A stretch of 64,000 nt of DNA from Octopus vulgaris (taxonomy: Eukaryota). A program made the translations under genes and the position numbers. Shown in pieces: positions 34,861-48,074 of the stretch. The stretch is from positions 114,948,001-115,012,000 of the forward strand of contig OX597820.1 in assembly GCA_951406725.2 (NCBI GenBank), in the 5' to 3' direction. Position 1 is the stretch's first letter, and the number at the start of each line of letters is the position of its first letter. The notes under the pieces are model-generated. The model did no database searches. It was given only the letters and a program-made list of their open reading frames with translations, and had not been told where the DNA came from.

Positions 34861-37800
34861 GAATGTTTCAAAAAAAGATGGGTGAATGTAGCAAGGATGG
34901 CATGTATGAATGATGAAGCCACCTTGAGCATAATCCTATGAACCCAGAAAATTTAAAACAGAGTTACCTACTTGCAAACAAATGACTGAAGTTACCATGG
35001 TCTTTTCCGTCGGCTTTTCTTCCCATGGATAAACCTTTTCTGCTTCCCCCTTTACACCATGACACTGTGATACATGATCCCTTTTGATCGTTTTTTTTTT
35101 CCTTTTTTTTTCTTCTTTCCCTTTTGATCGAAAACCTAACCCACCTTTCTCCCCCCACCAAAGAAAAGCTCTACTTTGTAATCTGTCCCGTCTGTGTGGC
35201 TAATAAACATATCTACCTACCTATCTATCTACCTATCCATCTATCTGTCTGTCTATCTATCTATCTATCTGTCTGTCTATATTTATATATCTATCCATCC
35301 AGCTATCTATCCATTCATTCATTCATCCATAACATAAATCAACAAACAAATAAAAAGGGGACGTTGTAAGTAGTATATTCCTGTTTTGTCTTCAGTGTCT
35401 ACACAGACACATAGAGACAATAGTGTTTATGAAATTCTACTGCTATACTAAGTGACTTGCCTTGCATGATTCTCTTCCTCTCAGCATTAATGGAAGGACA
35501 AAACGGTAAGTAGTGGCCATGGTCATTTCATGTTTGATGCATAAGCTCAATGTTCTTTTCTTTCTCTCTTTACCTTATTTTTTACCATTCTTCCTATATT
35601 GTACCAATGATTCGTTAACCTTTCCCTGCTTGCTTCCATGTTTGTTTCACCTCCAGTCACTCCCAATTCAGTAGTCCACACCCTCCAGCACCTGCTTAAC
35701 CTAGTTTTTAATGTTTAATTTGTCAATGTAAATGATTTATTTTACTTTTTTTTGTGAAAATATACAATTGTTGCTGTTTCATCTCGTCTATAATTATTAT
35801 AGCATCAATTACTGCTTAAGATTGATGATATCTGCTATGTCTCCCTTGACACCCTATGAAATAGGCCTTGAGTCTGATCAAAAGAACTTGTTTATTGTAA
35901 TTGTTGCTCCTCTTAACACTGAGTCACACCAAAGTTATAAAGTTCATAGAAATGGGAATGGCTGTATACACGGAGGAAGAGCATTTCCATAAAAAGATTT
36001 TTCAATTTTGGAAATGCTTTGTAAGATCTTAACCATATTTTTCTCTTTGTCTAAGTTTACTTACCACAGAAATTCTATTGGTTTAATAAAATGTTCCAAC
36101 ATTTGTGATCATAATGAGAGGTTCACTGACCACAATTGTGACATCTCTTGTCTTTAACCCGTTAATTCAAGTTCTGTAATGTTAAATGTTTTCAAAGGTT
36201 GGATAATACTTCCTCTGGACATACAGAAGTGAATATGAATGAAGAATAAGGTAGGCATGGCTGTGAGATTAAGAAGTCTACTTCCCAAACTTGTGATCTT
36301 GGGTTCAGTTTCTGTGTGCAGCGCCTTGGGAAAGTGCTGCCCTCTGTAGCCTCAAGCTAAACAACACTTTGTGAGTGAATCTGGTTGAGAGAAACTGAAA
36401 GAAGCCAGTCATGTGTGTGCATGTACCCTGCCTTACCTGGGTAGTCTGGGTTGGTTGTAAATGAGCATCACTGTCATGCAAGTGGTGTTGTTTATTTCCA
36501 GTCTTCTGTGAGAAACATGTTTGGCCATGGGGCAATATTACTTTGCTTGGAAATTGGTAAGAGTTGGTTAGAGGAAGGAGGACATCCAATTGTAGAAACA
36601 CCTCGATTAAATACCATCTGACTCGTGCAAGTATGGAAAAGGGAATATTAAAATGATGAACCCAGTACTGCATACCTGCAGTCTGCAGTGCTCTTACAGC
36701 TTGCAACAGTGATGATAAGCTGTGATTAGTTTGAATAGTGGTTTTCTCACAAGATGGTGTCTTGTTTCTTTTCATTTGAAGGAAGCTATCCAGACCAATA
36801 AGCTGACATTTTTATTCTTTTTAATTCTTCTACAAACTGTCACTCACTGATGTGACCAATACTTCCAGGAAAAGTATAAACGTAATGGCTTCGCATTTTT
36901 CTTCCTATGTATATCTAAGAAATCAATTTAAAACATCCCAAGCCACTGCTCCTTATATTGGGCAGTTGAATGGTGAATGGTCAGCAGTTTATGTTTTTAT
37001 GGACTGGGTTCCAATCTAGATGGAATCAGATTTTCCTTTGATTCTTCCAGAATCAAGAAAATAAATAGATTGATGGGCAAATTGACCCTATTGTTCCCAC
37101 CAAATTTGTACAAACTGATAGAATTTTTTGTGCATTTGACAAAATGTCTAGTGGCATGTCTTCTGGTTTTACATTCTGAGTTCAAATTCTGCAATGGTAA
37201 GCTTTGTCTTTCATCCTTTTGGGATTGATAAAATAAGTACCAGCTGAGCTTTAGGGTCATGTAATTGAGTAGCTCCCCCCCCCCCCCGAAGATTTTAGCC
37301 TTGTGCCTATAGTAGAAAGAATTATTGTCATTTAGGTAGCTGTCTGGCAGAATCATTAGGGTACTGGACAATGCATTCCTTCTGGATTTTCACATTTTGA
37401 GTTCAATTTCTGTCCTCATCAACTCTGCTTTTCATCCTTTCAGAGTCAATAAAATTAAGTACCAGTCAAGTATTTGGGCTGATGTAATCAAGTTGCCCCT
37501 TCCCCTTATACCAATATAAAATTTTTTATTATTGGTTTCTAAGTTCAAATCCTTTGGTCAGTAAACCAGATGGAGCAGTAATATCTAGTTGATTCCTCTA
37601 CAAATATATTATCATCATGATTGTTTTAGACACCAGATTATGACTTAGAATACAAGGCTAGGCACTTTGTTTGCTGTGCTGTTTCTGAATTTCAATCTGA
37701 CCACAGTTTACTTTGTTTGCCGTACCTTTGGGGGTCATTATATTCTCTTTCTACCAAAGGTTTTTTGAGCCTTGGTTAAAATATAAAAACTTTTAAAGAT

Positions 37801-39597
37801 TTATGATTCAATCAGCATGTTTTGTTGTTGTTGCTGTTGTTTTTTGTTGTCATTGATGTTGTTGTTAAGGTATTTGGCTGGTAGAATTGTTAGTATTGGA
37901 CACAATGATGGCTTGTGGTGAAAGGCAAAGACATTTCAACTCGTAGCAGTTCAGTTCCATTGTTTTGGTAACGTGTCTTTTTATAAGTGATCGAAGGCAT
38001 GCAAACCATGACCTTCCTGCCAGAAACAGTGTTACCCAGGAACTTAATTATCTTATGTCTCCTTGAAAACTGGTTGGGTGTAAATCTGAGCAAGATTTAC
38101 CTACTACTTGTAGCTGGTCAAGTGACTACAAAAAGACCCTTTGAAGTAGATATAGCAAATGGTACAACTTCTTTCTGGAAGTAGCAGGAACACTATGTAA
38201 ATGAGGATTGTTTTAGTAGTTGATGGTACTGAATCCAAATCCTCTTGAGTTTAATCTTGTGATGGGAAGGTTCACTTACCCTAGATATACCAACATGTCT
38301 TTAAGTGTTTATGTGTGTTGCTGTTGTTGAGATATATCCCCTACAAGCAACAACCACATCACAAGCAGCTTTGGTGGCCTTAATACCTCGATTAAATCCA
38401 AAAAGCAAATGGTGTTGGAAATGCTCAGTTTTGTCCACTTGACATTTCATTTTAATGATCTGAAAATAGACAAAAATCAATAAAATTTAAAACTCAAAAT
38501 ACACTAGCTTGTAGAGCAAAGAATTCTCTTTTGAATCACAAAAAATATTTTGCCAGTGTGTTTTATTTCTGTGCATTTTAAAATTTGAATAAAATGGTCA
38601 TGAATTATTCCTCAACCCAATACGTATACTGCTTGCTTGCTGCTTCATGCTCTTGCTTGATGAGGCTGGGGTCATCCCAGGTTAGTGGTCCCAGAGATGT
38701 CATCATGTGTAGAGCCAACCAGGTCCACCAGTGCTTTCCATCACTGGCAGTCTCATGCCGGCCATCTGGTGCGGGGCTTGCCATGATGCCTCTTTCAGCC
38801 AACAGGTGGCTATGAGGGGGGAGGCTGCAGGCTGATGCATGCAGTTTTGTTGGAAACCTGATGGCACCATCTAATGTTGTTGATGGTTCTCAGGGTTCTA
38901 CTATCAAATCTGTCAATCCTCTTTGCCAGGGTCTTCAAGAGGGGCCATGTTTGTGCTCTATAGAGGTGAATGGAGAGGACCGATGCAAATGTGGTGCTTT
39001 ATCTTCCAAGAGAGGGAGCAGTGGCACCAGGGGCGTTCATGACCCTGGTGGCCAGACCACATCTGCGGTTCATCTCCATTGCTGGTGATTGTGGGACCCA
39101 AGTAGATGTATGTATGTGTATGCATTTTTGTGTCTCTTTGCTTGACAACTGGTGTTGGTTTGATTGTGTCCCTTGTAACTTAACAGTTTGGCAAAAAGTA
39201 ACTGATGAAATAAGTAATAGGATTGATCCAGTTGACTAAGCTTCCTCAAGATGATGCCCCAGGATGGCTGCAATCCAATGACTAAATCAAAGGAGTAAAA
39301 TGTGTGTGTGTGTACAAGGGAACTAATTTATGTGTTTGTGTTAAGAATTATTCCATAATGTTTACATTCTGCAAACGTTCAAATAATTATCGTTTAATGG
39401 TCAACTGATTCAACTATAACCACCTCTTTTGGCTATTTTATACTACTTTTTAGTCCTTGATTATCAAATTGAAACAAATTAAACGTCTTTCATAAAGTGT
39501 TCATAAATATTTTTATACGCATAAAATCTTTGTCCTGTTTTATTTATTGTTTCCTTTTTGTTTATGTGTTGTATTGTTTTTCCTTCCACTTTTACAG

Positions 39598-39736
39598 TCT
39601 GCCCAGCAAAGACTTGTTACCTGCATGTATTATGCAGATGATCATGGGAACTGGACCGTTTGTAAAGTACAGTACCAACAATAAGATCTCCCGACTTGGT
39701 AAGGCGGCTGGATCAGCCACTACAGCTCCTTTTGGT
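39598..39736 (+). CDS. UQCRC2: UQCRC2 exon 10
   Basis: ttttacag|T...GGT|gtaagt; LPSKDLLPACIMQMIMGTGPFVKYSTNNKISRLGKAAGSATTAPFG; 139 nt. Confidence 0.92.
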
Positions 39737-40461
39737 GTAAGTACCATTTAGAATCATCATCACCATAAGAACGAGAGAGTGCCAATATAAATATTTATGG
39801 TATTTAGTCCCAACTGTTTATGCTCTGAGTTTAAATTTGTGGCCTGCAACTAAAATCCCAAATCATAATTATTACATCTGTTTTTGCATTCTGAGGGCAA
39901 ATCCTACTCTGCTTCATTTTACCTTTCATTATTCTAATTGTCAATAAACTGTGTCTAGCATTGGGATTGATACATTAAACTGCTTCCTCCACTGTAAATT
40001 CCTGGTTGTAGATTGGTGATAACAGTAGAATACTGGACTGCATAGTAAATAGATATTTGGTTACATTATTACATCACTTTGTGCTGAATTCAGTTTGGCC
40101 TTTCATCTTTCTGTTATTGAGTTGGTTTAATCACACACACACACACACACACACACACATGCTTTATGAGAGTCCCTTTTAAAAAAACAGCATTTAACCA
40201 CTGTTTTTTTAAATTTTATGTATACATTTATATTTAGAGTTGGCCTTACAAAGAATTCTTTCATTGTCCATCAGAAAATGTTCCATGCAGAAAGTAGTCT
40301 TTAATATTTATTAAACAGAAAATACATCTGTGATTTCAGACTTTTACCAGATTATCAAATAGTTATCAAGCTTCAAAGCCACAGTCATATTTTCTGTTAT
40401 GCGTACACACACACACACTCGTTCTTTAAATATTTTTCTCCCCCTCTCTTATATTTTCCAG

Positions 40462-40542
40462 ATCTCATGTATCAGCGGTGCCTACTCTGATGGAGGTATA
40501 TTTGGTTTTGCTGCAACTGCAGACAAATCAGATATCGGAAAG
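40462..40542 (+). CDS. UQCRC2: UQCRC2 exon 11
   Basis: ttttccag|ATC...AAG|gtcagt; ISCISGAYSDGGIFGFAATADKSDIGK; 81 nt. Confidence 0.93.
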
Positions 40543-42628
40543 GTCAGTTTACATTTGAAGTCAACAATTCCAGCTTGTTAGTTGGCTTTCTATTTCCCTT
40601 CTCTCCTTTCCTCAATGAAGATTGCATACTAAGAGACTTTGATATTAAGTTTCAGAGCTCTCAAAATTGGTTTTGTTGTTCAAATTCTTCACTTCCTGTC
40701 ATTTTATGATTTTGTACATATTTGATATTCAGCTATATAAATAGGTCAGAGTCTAACCCATGGCAGCATGGAACATGGATATTAAATGATGATGATGATA
40801 TATATATAATAATAATAATAATATTAGGGAGTATAACTCCAAACTTACAGGGAAAAATTCAATTTAGTATTAAATCAAATTTCACACTATAAATATATAA
40901 ATATAAAATATGAATTAGAGATAAATAAAAATATATATTATATTAATTATATATATTATTTGTTATTTATGTATTGGTTTATGTCTATCACTATTTGAGT
41001 TGCTTAATAGTGGTTTTATCTCTAATTCATATTTTATATATATTAATATTTTATTTGGTCTTTGCAAAACTAATAGCCTGTTGTAGAGCTGAATATACAT
41101 ATGCTTCTGTGTGAAGTATTAGTCAAGTACAGAGTGGTAGTAAGCAATTGAGATGGCAAAGGAATAAATAATCATCCTATGATCCTCAGGCACTTAACTA
41201 TGAGTCCATTGTATCTTAGAGCAGAAACAGCTGTAGACAAATAAAGTTCATAAGATAATTGTTTATTCCTTCCTCACCCACACTTCCTCTATTTCCACCA
41301 ATCTTTCTATACCTTCTGCCATACTTCATTTTTAACACCTCTATCTTCTATCATTCTCAATACCCTTTCATATCTAACATCACACCCCACTTACTATAAC
41401 TCTACTACCCACTACTCTTATATCTTGCACATCATTCTGCTACTTTCTGATCTTTTCTCTTTCCTGAGCGACTCCTATATCTCTCTCCTTACCCCTAACT
41501 GGACCTCCACCCTTGTTCATTATTGCTCCGTTTACCGCCAACACTAACCATCTATTACTATCCCCTCACACTTTTATGAAACTTTCCCCACTCCACATCC
41601 GCTAATCCACCATCTGCATCTTCTCTTATACCCACCATCTCTATCTTCTTTCTAAATACTCCCACCCACTCTTATATAATGCAGGGTATTCTTGTATCTC
41701 CTCTTGACCAGAACACCTGGGCTTGTCTTCTGTCATTCTTTATTGCCTTACCATTTCCAAGTAGTAATATTTCCCCATGGCTAGTACAACAATGACACTC
41801 GCTTACAACAATCATGCAACACTCCCACACATATGTATATTCAACAGGCTTCTTTCAGTTTCCATTTACCAAATCCACTCACATGGCTTTCATTGGTCTG
41901 GGGCTATAATAAGCACCTGCCCAAGGTGCCACTCAGCAGAACTGAAGCCACAACCAAGCTTCTTACCAATCTAATCTCAGTTAATTTTTGCTGTATTTCT
42001 GAATACTAGATATATAAACATTGTAAGGTGAACGTTTTACGTCTAATGAATTAACAGTAATATTATACTAGTGTATTTTAGTGCGATATGAGATAGCAGG
42101 ATGGTGGATGACACATTTGGTAGAAAATCAGACAAAAAGATTTATAGCATTTAGTTAGATCTTGAGTTTTAATTCCAACTGGTTTTGAGTTCTCTTTCAG
42201 CCAGTCAGGGTCAATAAGGAGTTAAATCAGTCAATAATACCTTTACTTTTGTATGCTGATGTAGTTTAAGATTCAAATGTACAGTTTGTGTGTTTGACAT
42301 CAATCCAACAAGGGAACATGTTTTTATATGTATCTAAATATTCTCCATCAAACTGACTGGTAACAATGCTTATTTGTATAAAATATTGTTCTGACAGGGA
42401 ACATGCAGTGTTTGTGTAATGTATTGCTCCACATGAAAGCAACAGGGAATGTATCTGTGTAATATATTGTCTTGCACCAAACTGACAATGAACAGTGATC
42501 GTGTAACATTAAGCCAACAGAGAGTGTGTTGTTTATAATATATCACTCTAATTTAAAGCGACAGGAAACATTTTAATTTCTTTTGTTTCCACAGACTACT
42601 TTCATGTTTTTTTTCCTTCAATTCTAAG

Positions 42629-42705
42629 GTTCTGAAAGCTGCCTTTGGGGAGTTTGCTAGTATCACCAAATCTGGATTTAGTGAAGAGGAGATCTCTCGG
42701 GCTAA
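42629..42705 (+). CDS. UQCRC2: UQCRC2 exon 12
   Basis: ttctaag|GTT...AA|gtaaag; VLKAAFGEFASITKSGFSEEEISRAK; 77 nt. Confidence 0.88.
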
Positions 42706-43180
42706 GTAAAGACATTTTTTTACCTTTTTATATTATAACCGTATGACTATTTTACGATCTATATACCACAGTGACTAACTAATATCTTAAAATTTACGTA
42801 CGTTTAATAATTATATACTAATAATTATATTACGGTTTGTTTAACTAACTTTAACCTGATTTGGCATTGCAGCTGTTTGCTCTGTCATACAATGTTTGGT
42901 TGTGTAAGTGAGGTAGTCAAGATATTTAGAATCTTCCTGGATGTCCCACTGTTTTGATATGGTTGTGTTAAGGATGCAATCCTGGGATGTAGCTTCAAAA
43001 GAAAATCTGTTGTATTCTGGCTGCTACATTGAGCGGGTCACGTAAGAAGTGTCATGCAATGGTTGAGTATTTAGTTGATTTGTTGCTGAGACTAGCAAGG
43101 TAGAGTGAAAGAAGGTAGAATGTTAGTTTTGCCTACAAGAGAACTTTATAACATTGGTTGAATGTTTACTTTCTATACAG

Positions 43181-43334
43181 GAACCAGCTGAAGGCAGCTG
43201 TGTTGATGAATGCTGAAGACAGCAACCTTGTTCTGAAAGAGATGGCTGAGCAGTTACTGATTGCTGGAGGACTGGCTGACATCACAGACATCTTGGCACA
43301 AATTGATGCAATCACCATTAGTGATGTCAACACG
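43181..43334 (+). CDS. UQCRC2: UQCRC2 exon 13
   Basis: tatacag|G...ACG|gtcagt; NQLKAAVLMNAEDS...IDAITISDVNT; 154 nt. Confidence 0.93.
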
Positions 43335-43924
43335 GTCAGTAGTTCTCTTTTTATTTATTTTTGTCTCTCAGAAGCAAGAACTGTTTATTGAATTTGGTCC
43401 TTATACTTTTCTAACCTCAAAAACTAGCCCTAACTACCATTTTAAGTTGGTTGCTTATAATCCTGGTGGCAAAAACATTAAACATGTCTTTTATGTTACT
43501 TCAAAAGTTTTCCATAGATAATACTTTATCCTCTTAAATAACTCAATGGTTTATATCGCAACAACCACCCTAATCTAAACCAGCAAACATTGTAGTTACA
43601 AGAGAGGGCTTCTATGAGCCAATAAGAAAAAAGGGGCTAAAACTACTAAAGGGTACCCTGTAACACTATATTCTGGCGTATGTAATTAAACTGAGAGGAA
43701 AGGAACTTATTAAAGAATCTTCCCTGTAAATAACATGAAGATAAATGTATTAAGAGATGTTAAAATGATTAGTTGATTGGATAATATAGCAATGCTAAGG
43801 CCTCAGAGTGAGTCAATGACTAAGTTTTGATTTCTCACTCTGGTTGCTGATACCTTTGGGAAGTGCATGAAAATTAAAACTATTTTGCCCCTCATTCATG
43901 TTCACATTTTGTTTCTATCTCCAG

Positions 43925-44014
43925 GTTTCAAAGAAGATCATTAATGGCAAACCTTCGATGGCTGCTGTTGGCAACCTCTCACAAACTCCTTACTTGGATG
44001 AACTCTACAAATAA
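43925..44014 (+). CDS. UQCRC2: UQCRC2 exon 14 (terminal)
   Basis: tctccag|GTT; VSKKIINGKPSMAAVGNLSQTPYLDELYK-stop(TAA). Confidence 0.95.
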   Translation, partial: VSKKIINGKPSMAAVGNLSQTPYLDELYK

Positions 44015-44175
44015 CTATCGTCCATCTTAGTCCTGTAAAAATAAAAATCCCTGTTAGAAGTCACCACTAAAGATTACTGCAATTATGTTTGGCCAACACA
44101 TTTCAAGAGATGCCAGTTATTAGTTGTCGCTATCTAATTTACTCTGGTTATTGACTCTGCAGTCTAAAACTGGAA

Positions 44176-44181
44176 AATAAA
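44176..44181 (+). terminator. Likely UQCRC2 polyadenylation signal
   Basis: AATAAA followed by a GT-rich downstream element (tgtgtgtgtgtcctttgttgttt). A second AATAAA lies at 44040-44045. Confidence 0.6.
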
Positions 44182-44719
44182 AACTTTAAAATATTGTGTG
44201 TGTGTCCTTTGTTGTTTAAGCTGACCTCACTGTTAAAGCTTTACTGGATTGGAAAGTTGTTGGTTTGCTGGGCAAAAAATGGGAGATGAAGTTGCTTAGC
44301 TCCAGATCAGGAGTCTTCCTTTTCAGTGCATCTGTTGATGGATCTCTGTTGTTTGATGAGGATTACCTGCTCCGGAATTAATGTGAATGCGTATTCTATA
44401 GATACATGTACCTATTTCTTTGCTACCCACAAGGGGCTAAACACAGAGAGGACAGACAAACGGATTAGGTCGATTACATCGATCCCAGTGCACATACAAG
44501 ATCAAACATTTCATTCATTCAAGGTAGCCTGTAAAAGCACCCACTACACTCTTGGAGTGGCTGGTATTAGGAAGGGCATCCAACTGTAGAAACTTTGCCA
44601 GATCAGATTGGAGCCTGGTACAGCCTCTGGCTCACCAGTCCTCGGTCAAACTGTCCACCTCATGCCAGCATGGAAAGCAGATGTTAAATGATAACAATGA
44701 TATATATATATATATAATA

Positions 44720-45540
44720 GTAATATTAGGGAGTATAACTCCAAACTTACATGGAAAAATTCAATTTAGTATTAAATCAAATTTCACAGTATAAATATAT
44801 AAAATATGAATTGGAGATGAAACCTCTATTGTGCAACTCAGTGATAGACATGGACCAATACATGAATGACAAATTATATATGTTTTTGTAAAACATATAA
44901 CTTATAACTGGATCTCAAGAGGTGTAGGATGAATGATCAATGTATAGTATAATAAGTAAAAACACTACGTGCGTTTCATGGCAACAATTAAATTTAAATT
45001 TAATTGAAATAAATTCGATTTAAAATTATAGTCAATCTTCAGGTTAATGATAATAGTTAAATAAATAAGCAAATAGAGTTAAACATTATTTAAGAATTAA
45101 ATAAAATAATTTTTCTTATAGAAAAAAACTCCATTAACTAAAAGTATCTAAATTATAATCAACAAATATAGTAATTAAAAATCTAAAATTTTCTCTATCA
45201 ATAAATATATAGACATATAACCAAAAATAAATAAATTAGTCCATTATTACTTAAATAAATATTATAAATATCTATAGAATATATTTATGAAATACAATTT
45301 AAAAATTAAAAATGTATAACCTATCTTCAAAAAAACTGTATGACTATTTTACGATCTATATACCACAGTGACTAACTAATATCTTAAAATTTACGTACAT
45401 TTAATAATTGTATACTAATAAATAAATAAATATACATATATAAATTATCATTAACAACTAAAATAATTATACATTCAAATTAACAATCAATAGTTATATA
45501 GAATAAAATAAAATTTCTTAAATAAAAAAAAGTTTACTTA
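44720..45540. mobile_element. AT-rich Penelope-like remnant; related pieces at 40820-41050 and 42740-42830
   Basis: Shared blocks gggagtataactccaaacttac and gtatgactattttacgatctatataccacagtgactaac; hammerhead-like CTGAAGA...GAAACGCACGTA on the minus strand. Confidence 0.45.
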
Positions 45541-46311
45541 ACTCTCGAAAACCATAGTGTTTTTGCTTATTGTATTGATCATTCATTTTGTAATTTTTGA
45601 GATTTAGTTGTGGGTTGAATGTTTTGTAAAGGTATTTGTTATTTGTGTGTTGGTTTATGTCTGTCATTGAGTTGCGTAGTGGTGGTTTCGTCTCTGATTT
45701 ATATTTTATATATATAAGCTTAGCTGTCACTCACTCGTGAGTATCTTGGTATCCGTGCTTTCACTAATTATTTTAGATGTCTTTGTAGTAGTTTTGAACA
45801 GGCATATACCCTGTATTAGCCCTCACATTGTTGACCCAGAGAAGTGTGACAAATTGGGAGGGAAAGAGAGGGTGGTGGTGGCTGGTTCTCATTTTCAGCT
45901 GAGGAAACTGGAACAGTATGAAATGAGGGCCTTGCTGGACAGTTTGACTGAGGGCTAGCAAACCAGGAGGCTGTGCCAGGCTCCAATCTGATCTGGCAAG
46001 ATTTCTACAGCTGGATGCCCTTTCTAATACCAACCACTCAGAGAGTGTAGTGGGTGCTTTTTACGTGCCACCAGCACAGGAGCCAGAGGGGGCTGGCATC
46101 GACCACGTTCAGATAGTGCTTTTTATGTGCACCGGCACTGGAGCCAGTCTGGCGGCGCTGGCATTGGCCACATTTGGATGGTACTTTTTAAGTGCCACTG
46201 GCACAGGAGCCAGTTGGGGTGAGGGGGCTGTCATCAACCACGTTTGGATGGTGCTTTTTACATGCCACCGGCATGGGGAGCCAGTTGGTGGTATATATAT
46301 ATATATATATA

Positions 46312-48072
46312 TACCCAATGACTAGCGTAGCAGCACCTTAGTCAACTGCTACAAGGGTAAAGGTGATGCTCTAGATAGAAATAACTACAGGGGTATTAAA
46401 CTGTTGGATCAGGCAATGAGGGTCATAGCCCATCTCATCAGAGAGAGAGTTTGCTTAAATGAGATGCAGTTTGGTTTTGTACCAGGTAGAAGCACCACTG
46501 ATGCCATATTCCTGGTTCAACAACTGCAGGAGAAATACCTAGCTAAAGATAAACCCCCTCTACATAGCTTTCGTGGACTTGGAGAAAGCCTTTGACAGGG
46601 TCCCCCGATCCCTTATCTGGTGGGCGATGCGGAAACTGGAGATTGACGAATGGTTAATAAGGGCTGTACAGGCCCTATACAGAGAGGCTGTCAGCAAGAT
46701 AAGGATTGGCAATGAGTATAGTGAAGAATTCCGGGTAGAAGTAGGGGTCCACCAAGGTTCAGCCCTCAGTCCCCTTTTATTCATCATAGTCCTCTAGGCA
46801 ATAACAGAGGAATTCAAGACTGGGAGCTCCTCTATGCTGATGACCTGGCCCTCGTAGCAGAATCACTACCGGAACTAGAAAAGAAATTTTGGGTGTGGAA
46901 GCTAGGTTTAGAATCAAAAGGCCTTAGAGTCAATGTAGCAAAGACCAAAGTTATAGTAAGTAGGAAGGCAAACACACCACACACCCCTTCAGGTAGGTGG
47001 CCCTGCTCGATCAGTAGAAAATGTGTAGTTAGAAACTCCATAAGATGTACCCAGTGTAAGCTATGGACACATAAGAGGTGCAGCACCATCAAAAGAAAAT
47101 TAACCAAGAAGATAGCTTTCGTGTGTGGCAGATGCACAGGTGCAATAGACACCATTGATACTCAGAAAACGGGAAGAAACTAGAAGTAGTTGATAGTTTC
47201 CGCTACCTAGGTGACCAAGTAGTAGTGGGGGTGGATGCTCAGAGAGTGTTACCACTAGAATAAGAATAGCCTAGGCTAAGTTCAGAAAGCTCCTACCCCT
47301 ACTGGTGACAACGGGTCTCTCACTCAGAGTGAAAGGTAGACTGTATGATGCATGTGTTTGAACAGCCATGCTTCACGGTAGTGAAACATGGGCTGTGACT
47401 GCATGATCCGCTGGATGTGTAATGTCAGTGTGCATATACAGCAGAGTGTAAGTGCCCTGAGAGAAATGCTGGACATAAGAAGCATTGGATGTGGCGTGCA
47501 AGAGAGACGTCCGTGCTGGTATGGTCATGTACTGCGGATGGATGAGGAGAGATGTGTGAAGAAGTGCCACTCCAAAACAGTTGAAGGAGTCCGGGCTAGA
47601 GGTAGACCCAGGAAGACATGGAATGAGGTGGTCACAGAGGCAATGACGGAAGACCGAGACCTCTGGAGATATGCTGTGACTGCGAAGACCCGACAAATAA
47701 TGTGAGTTCATGGCTGTTTCCTGCACCAGCTTCACATAGAAGCCCCAGCCCTTCCAAAGTGCCTTGGATCATAGGGCAACCTGCTGTGCTTGAGGAGACC
47801 TATTGAGTCAAGTACGTCAGCATAAAAAATCAAATGGAAATTGTGGTTGCGATACCTGTGCTGGTGGCATGTAAAATGCACCATCCGTACGTGGCCAATG
47901 CCAGTGCCGCCTTGACTGGCTTCCGTACTGGTGGCACGTAAAAAACACCCACTACACTCACGGAGTGGTCGGCATTAGGAAGGGCATCCAACTATAGAAA
48001 CACTGCCAGATCAGACTGGAGCCTGGTGCAGTCTCCTGGCTTCCCAGACCCCAGTCGAACCGTCCAACCCAT
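46312..48072 (+). mobile_element. Degenerate RTE LINE (second subfamily), 5'-truncated
   Basis: RT, PHD and C-terminal fragments in several frames, followed by the 3'UTR. Confidence 0.9.
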
Positions 48073-48074
48073 TG

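Larger units (their letters stand above)
5316..44014 (+). other. UQCRC2: UQCRC2 gene span (cytochrome b-c1 complex subunit 2, mitochondrial; 14 coding exons, 455 aa)
   Basis: Exons sum to 1368 nt in one frame. M16-family motifs KLGNGITVAS, KAGSRYE, degenerate zinc motif HLLRN, YSDGGIFG and C-terminal GNLSQTPYLDEL. Confidence 0.95.
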
